Source: an uncultured Mycobacteriaceae bacterium
Lineage (GTDB): Bacteria; Pseudomonadota; Alphaproteobacteria; DSM-16000; Inquilinaceae
Length of the DNA: 24,000 nt
Reading direction: 5' to 3'
Assembly: GCA_964526565.1 (NCBI GenBank)
Contig: CAZGMC010000004.1
Span: forward strand, 15,370 to 39,369
Each line of letters opens with the position of its first letter. Positions within the stretch are counted from its first letter, which is position 1. The position numbers and the translations under genes are program-made. Below are positions 20,899 to 24,000 of this stretch, piece after piece. Below the pieces are notes generated by a model. That model searched no databases, was not told the DNA's origin, and was given only the letters and a program-made list of their open reading frames with translations.

Positions 20899-21350
20899 GA
20901 CGGGCAGGGCTCGGTCGGCAGCCGCCGCGACAGCCAGCCCGGTCCGTCGCGGCTGCCGTGCATGCCTTCGGCTACGTCGTAGACGTGCGTGAAGCCGCGC
21001 GCGGCCAGGAACGACTGCGCCGCCCGCGACCGTGCCCCCGACGCGCAGATCAGCGCCACTGGCCGGTCGCGGTCGCCGCCCACCGCCGCCTCCACCGCGC
21101 GCAGGAAGGCCTCCGGCCCGCCGCTGTTGTGGATGGTGACGGGCAGGGCACCGGCCGGCAGCCCGGTGCGCCGCCATTCCATCGGCGAACGCACGTCAAC
21201 GAGGACCAGTTCGCCCGTTTCGGCACGGCGCAGCGCCTCGTCCGCGGCCAGGCGTCCGTCATCGGCCGCGGCATGCCGCCCGACGGCGGCAATGGCCATG
21301 ATCATCATTGCGGTCAGCAGTCCCTTCACCGGCAGGCCTCCCTGTCGCAT
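20892..21350 (-). CDS. exported single-domain rhodanese-like sulfurtransferase
   Basis: The product has a signal-like N-terminus (KGLLTAMMIMAIAAVGRHAAA), LVDVRSPMEW, and the active-site loop ICASGARS. The start is uncertain: ATG 21350 has no SD, whereas GTG 21329 lies 7 nt after GGAGG. Confidence 0.8.
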   Translation of the reverse strand: MRQGGLPVKGLLTAMMIMAIAAVGRHAAADDGRLAADEALRRAETGELVLVDVRSPMEWRRTGLPAGALPVTIHNSGGPEAFLRAVEAAVGGDRDRPVALICASGARSRAAQSFLAARGFTHVYDVAEGMHGSRDGPGWLSRRLPTEPCPSC

Positions 21351-21448
21351 GGGAACAGCACGCGGCGCCGCTCGCCTCGCAGGCGGGGGAGCAAGGCTGC
21401 CCAGTCGGCGGCGCGGCTGACATGCTGGTATCCTTTATGGCTGAACGG

Positions 21449-21463
21449 GTTGCATTTTGCAAC
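21449..21463. promoter_or_regulatory. perfect palindrome GTTGCA-TTT-TGCAAC (candidate operator; fits T-N11-A)
   Basis: Read directly from the sequence, in the divergent rhodanese/DUF2336 intergenic region. GCAAC recurs at 21493-21497 and 21521-21525, and TTGCA recurs at 21561-21565. Confidence 0.4.
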
Positions 21464-21562
21464 GCGGGGCCGGTGTCGGTGCAGGCCAGCCTGGCAACGC
21501 TGCAAGAGCCTGGGCTTAAGGCAACATTAAAGAGTCCTTGGCAGTTTGTTTCGCATACGCTT

Positions 21563-21592
21563 GCACCGGCCCCGGACACCATGGGCCGGTGC
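21563..21592 (+). other. perfect 10-bp stem-loop in the DUF2336 leader
   Basis: GCACCGGCCC-(10-nt loop)-GGGCCGGTGC. Its 3' end lies 30 nt upstream of ATG 21623 and is followed by a CCTCCT element. Confidence 0.5.
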
Positions 21593-21622
21593 CGTTCAGT
21601 CCTCCTGCGGTTGGGCTCCCGG

Positions 21623-22744
21623 ATGACAAGTTCTCTTACGCGCGATGACGTCACCCGTCTGCTGGCGGAACCCTCGGCGCAGGTGCGCGCCACGATCGCC
21701 GAAAAGGTGGCCGGCCAGCTCGACGCGACCAGCCTGACCCGCGACGAGCTGCAACTGGCCCAGGACATCGTTCAGATCATGGCTCGCGACGCCACCACCC
21801 TGGTGCGCGAGGCGTTGGCGGCGAACCTGAAATCGTCCAGCAACCTGCCGCGCGACGTGGCGCTGCACCTGGCCAGGGACATCGACTCGGTCGCCGTGCC
21901 GATCCTGGAATGCTCCGAGGTGCTGGCCGACGAGGACCTGATCCGCCTGGTTCGCACGCAGCCGGAGAGCAAACAGGCAGCCATCGCCCGCCGCACCGCA
22001 CTGTCGGAGGCAGTGGCCGATGCCCTGGTGCAGACCGACAACCGCACCGTCGTGCGTGCCGTGGTCGCCAATCACGGCGCGCGCATCGGCGAGGAGACCC
22101 TGCACCGCGTGGTAGACCGGTACGGGGCCGACGAAGGCATCCAGGAGCCGCTGGTCCGGCGTGGCAGCTTGCCAATCACCGTGACCGAGCGGCTCGTCGC
22201 CATGGTCTCCGACCGGCTCAAGGACTATCTGGTCACCCACCACGAGATGAGCGCGGACAGTGCCAGCGAGCTGGTCCTGCGCGCGCGCGAGCGGGCCACC
22301 GTCAACATCGTCAGACCGTTCACCGACGAGGACGCGCTGGAGAAGCTGGTGGTCCAGCTCGGTCGCAACGGCCGTCTGTCGCCCTCGCTGGTGCTGCGGG
22401 CGCTGTGCATGGGCGACATGCCGTTCTTCGAGTACGCCATGGCGCAGCTCGCCGGGGTGCCGGTGGTCAACGCCCGCATCCTGATCCACGACCCCGGCAT
22501 GCTCGGCATGAAGTCTCTGTACGACCGGGCACGGCTGCCGGCAAAGCTGTTTCCGGCGTTCCGCACGGCTGCGCAGGTGGCCAGGGACACGGACTTCCGC
22601 GGCGCCGACTACGACCGCGAGAGCTACAGCCGCACCATGCTGGAACGGATCCTGACCCAGTGCGAGGACCTGCGCTGGGACGACGCCGAATACCTGCTGC
22701 GCAAGCTGATCGACATCGCCCCGCCGGCCATGAACGCGGCGTAG
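21623..22744 (+). CDS. DUF2336 domain-containing protein
   Basis: The 373-aa product is helical-repeat-like. It begins MTSSLTRDDVTRLLAEPSAQVRATIAEKVA and contains LPRDVALHLARD, which matches my recollection of the alphaproteobacterial DUF2336 family. The start is set at ATG 21623; the track ORF start at 21308 would run through the divergent promoter region. Confidence 0.75.
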   Translation: MTSSLTRDDVTRLLAEPSAQVRATIAEKVAGQLDATSLTRDELQLAQDIVQIMARDATTLVREALAANLKSSSNLPRDVALHLARDIDSVAVPILECSEVLADEDLIRLVRTQPESKQAAIARRTALSEAVADALVQTDNRTVVRAVVANHGARIGEETLHRVVDRYGADEGIQEPLVRRGSLPITVTERLVAMVSDRLKDYLVTHHEMSADSASELVLRARERATVNIVRPFTDEDALEKLVVQLGRNGRLSPSLVLRALCMGDMPFFEYAMAQLAGVPVVNARILIHDPGMLGMKSLYDRARLPAKLFPAFRTAAQVARDTDFRGADYDRESYSRTMLERILTQCEDLRWDDAEYLLRKLIDIAPPAMNAA

Positions 22745-22773
22745 CGACTGCCGCGTCGGACGGCTGCCAGCGG

Positions 22774-23325
22774 CTATTGCTGCGCCGGTTCCTCGATCAC
22801 TGCGCAGGCGATCCGCGGACCGGAGGCGCCGGCCGGATCGGTCCGGTAGTCGTCGGGGCCCTGATGGATGACCATCGCGCTGCCGTCGTCGTCGAAGAGG
22901 GAGGTTTCACCCTCGTCCAGCGTGACACGGTCGGTGAAGTGCTCGACCATCAGCCTGCCGTCATTGCCGACATGGACGTTGGGCAGGTCGCCGGCGTGCA
23001 TGCCCTCCGGCGAATGGAAGCCGTGGGCGCGACCTTCCGGATTGAAATGTCCGCCGGCCGAGGTGAAGTCGGGCGCCGCGCACGCGCCGGTCTCGTGGAT
23101 GTGGTAGGCATGGATGCCCGCCGGCAGGCCGTCGATCGCGGTGACGATCAGCACGCCGTTGGGTGTCTGGGTCAGGGTGACCATGCCGATCTCGGCCCCG
23201 TCGCCGTTGATGTACGTGCCGGTGGCGGTCTGCGATCCCTGCGCCTGCGCCTGACCGGCACCGGCACCGGCACCGGCCGCCAGTACGGCACCCATGGCTG
23301 CCGCCAGCCCCGCTTTCCAGGCCAT
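22774..23325 (-). CDS. sodC: periplasmic Cu/Zn superoxide dismutase
   Basis: The product has a signal peptide and the motifs HAYHIHETGAC, GGHFNP, HAGDLPN and VIHQGPDDY, with the disulfide Cys in RIACAVI. AGGAAGGA precedes ATG 23325. Confidence 0.92.
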   Translation of the reverse strand: MAWKAGLAAAMGAVLAAGAGAGAGQAQAQGSQTATGTYINGDGAEIGMVTLTQTPNGVLIVTAIDGLPAGIHAYHIHETGACAAPDFTSAGGHFNPEGRAHGFHSPEGMHAGDLPNVHVGNDGRLMVEHFTDRVTLDEGETSLFDDDGSAMVIHQGPDDYRTDPAGASGPRIACAVIEEPAQQ

Positions 23326-23368
23326 GATCCGATCCTTCCTTGTTGTTGATCTCAGCATTCGACGAACG

Positions 23369-23394
23369 AACCGCCGGGGCGCTCCCCCGGTTCC
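23369..23394 (-). promoter_or_regulatory. candidate EcfG-type (general stress response ECF sigma) promoter upstream of sodC
   Basis: The minus strand reads GGAAC (23394-23390), 17 nt, then gGTT (23372-23369), i.e. GGAAC-N17-GGTT against the consensus GGAAC-N16/17-CGTT. It lies about 45 nt upstream of the sodC ATG. Confidence 0.35.
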
Positions 23395-23568
23395 GCCGCG
23401 CAACGCTCCCTGGCGGTCGCAGCAGGACGATACGGCAAGGCCCCGGCCCGCGGAAGTGTAAGGTCAACCGACCTTTGTCGAAGGTGCGGCGCCGGCGACG
23501 GCGCGCCGCGTCAAGACTGGCCGGTCATTGGGGACAACCCGCGACGGTTCGAATGTTTCGGCCGCCAC

Positions 23569-23582
23569 TTGACCACGGTCAA
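23569..23582. promoter_or_regulatory. FNR/FixK/Dnr-type box TTGAC-CACG-GTCAA (TTGA-N6-TCAA)
   Basis: This is a perfect palindromic 14-mer, extended to CTTGAC-N4-GTCAAG at 23568-23583, in the 550-bp sodC-nnrS divergent intergenic region. Confidence 0.45.
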
Positions 23583-23875
23583 GCCTGAGCCGCACCGGCC
23601 CGGTACGCTGCGAGCCGCCGGTTTCGCGGCGTTTCCCGGAGCCATGTCCCGGAGCCGTGCTCACACCGGCTGACTGCATCCAGAACCCGACGCCGACCCA
23701 TCCGGACCAGGTGCAAGGAATCGGCATGCCCTGACAGGCCTCCATGAACGGGAAATCACACCCTTGACCAACACAACGACCCGGTTGTCAAATCAAGGTA
23801 GCGATACACCCCTGTTCCGGACGGCGTCGCGTTGGTCTGTCCCCGCGTTCTGGCAAATGATGCCTAAAGAGGCCG

Positions 23876-24000
23876 ATGCTCGCAATCCTTGAAATGGGCT
23901 TTCGCCCCTTCTTTCTCGCCATGGCGCTTTGGGCCATTCTGGCAATGTTGCTGTTCACGCTGGGCGCACACGGCGACATCGTGATCTCCAGCCACTTCGG
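23876..24000 (+). CDS. nnrS: NnrS-family membrane protein, N-terminal fragment (runs off the window)
   Basis: This open frame is not in the ORF track. It reads MLAILEMGFRPFFLAMALWAILAMLLFTLGAHGD... GFRPFFL followed by a TM helix is the typical NnrS N-terminus. AAGAGG lies 3 nt upstream of the ATG. Confidence 0.6.
   Translation, partial: MLAILEMGFRPFFLAMALWAILAMLLFTLGAHGDIVISSHF

Noticed and set aside
21538-21556. Sigma-54-like element TTGGCAG-TTTGT-TTCGCAT upstream of DUF2336, plus TGGCAACGCTGCA at 21491-21503.
   Set aside because: The GG-to-GC spacing is off by one in the first case (TTCGC instead of TTGC). It is three too short in the second. RpoN promoters tolerate essentially no spacing change, and no EBP gene is nearby.
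23464-23745. 93-aa minus-strand ORF (and the 82-aa plus-strand ORF 23340..23588) in the sodC-nnrS intergenic region.
   Set aside because: Roughly a quarter or more of their codons end in A/T, versus very few in the confident genes. There is no SD, and the sequences are not protein-like (Gly/Arg/Pro-rich, no motif). They are more likely non-coding, although an sRNA or long UTR remains possible (see the FNR-box finding).
23784-23798. TTGTCAAATCAAGG, and TTGACCAACACAAC at 23764-23777, as additional FNR/NnrR boxes directly upstream of nnrS.
   Set aside because: The half-site spacing is wrong (TTG-N6-CAA and TTG-N7-CAA instead of TTG-N8-CAA). I kept them only as part of the CTTGAC-motif enrichment and nested inverted repeat.

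Overview
This is a high-GC chromosomal segment with several alphaproteobacterial hallmarks: an HWE-type histidine kinase, a DUF1476/zeta-type ATPase-inhibitor homologue, a DUF2336 protein, a perfect CtrA box and an EcfG-like promoter. I can support 23 protein-coding genes (one of them partial at the 3' window edge), one tRNA-Ala(GGC), and a set of terminators, candidate promoters/operators and short tandem repeats. The long ORFs antisense to these genes look like high-GC shadow ORFs. Housekeeping genes (pyrE, purC-purS, rplM-rpsI, tRNA-Ala) are interleaved with three accessory modules. (i) 2.5-8.1 kb is a signalling module: a Cys-based phosphatase-like gene lies divergent from a 1410-aa CheB-CheR-coiled-coil-PAS-HWE kinase, followed by a single-domain response regulator. 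(ii) 12.0-20.4 kb lies directly after the tRNA and is all on one strand. It encodes a BKACE-family enzyme, a TAXI-TRAP binding protein, a fused permease with a C-terminal extension, a USP, a His-cluster protein of unknown function, and a 629-aa protein of unknown function with a PEPCK/HprK-type P-loop. This is my best candidate for an undescribed system, namely uptake plus a novel kinase-type step. (iii) 20.4-24.0 kb is a periplasmic redox/stress set: a translationally coupled rhodanese and lipoprotein cytochrome c2-like pair, DUF2336, Cu/Zn SOD, and the start of nnrS. No transposase, integrase, CRISPR array or recognisable defence gene was seen. The non-coding signals worth follow-up are listed here. 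(1) Three perfect 12-bp tandem repeats and a perfect CtrA box lie in the NRDE/zeta divergent promoter. (2) Two abutting perfect palindromes and a promoter-plus-terminator arrangement sit in the rplM leader. (3) A C6-T-C6-G10 tract and operator-like repeats lie upstream of the P-loop gene. (4) An in-frame (RRWL)x3 repeat sits in a cytochrome signal peptide. (5) A perfect TTGA-N6-TCAA box with enriched CTTGAC hexamers lies in the sodC-nnrS intergenic region. All family assignments come from reading motifs by eye; no database search was possible.
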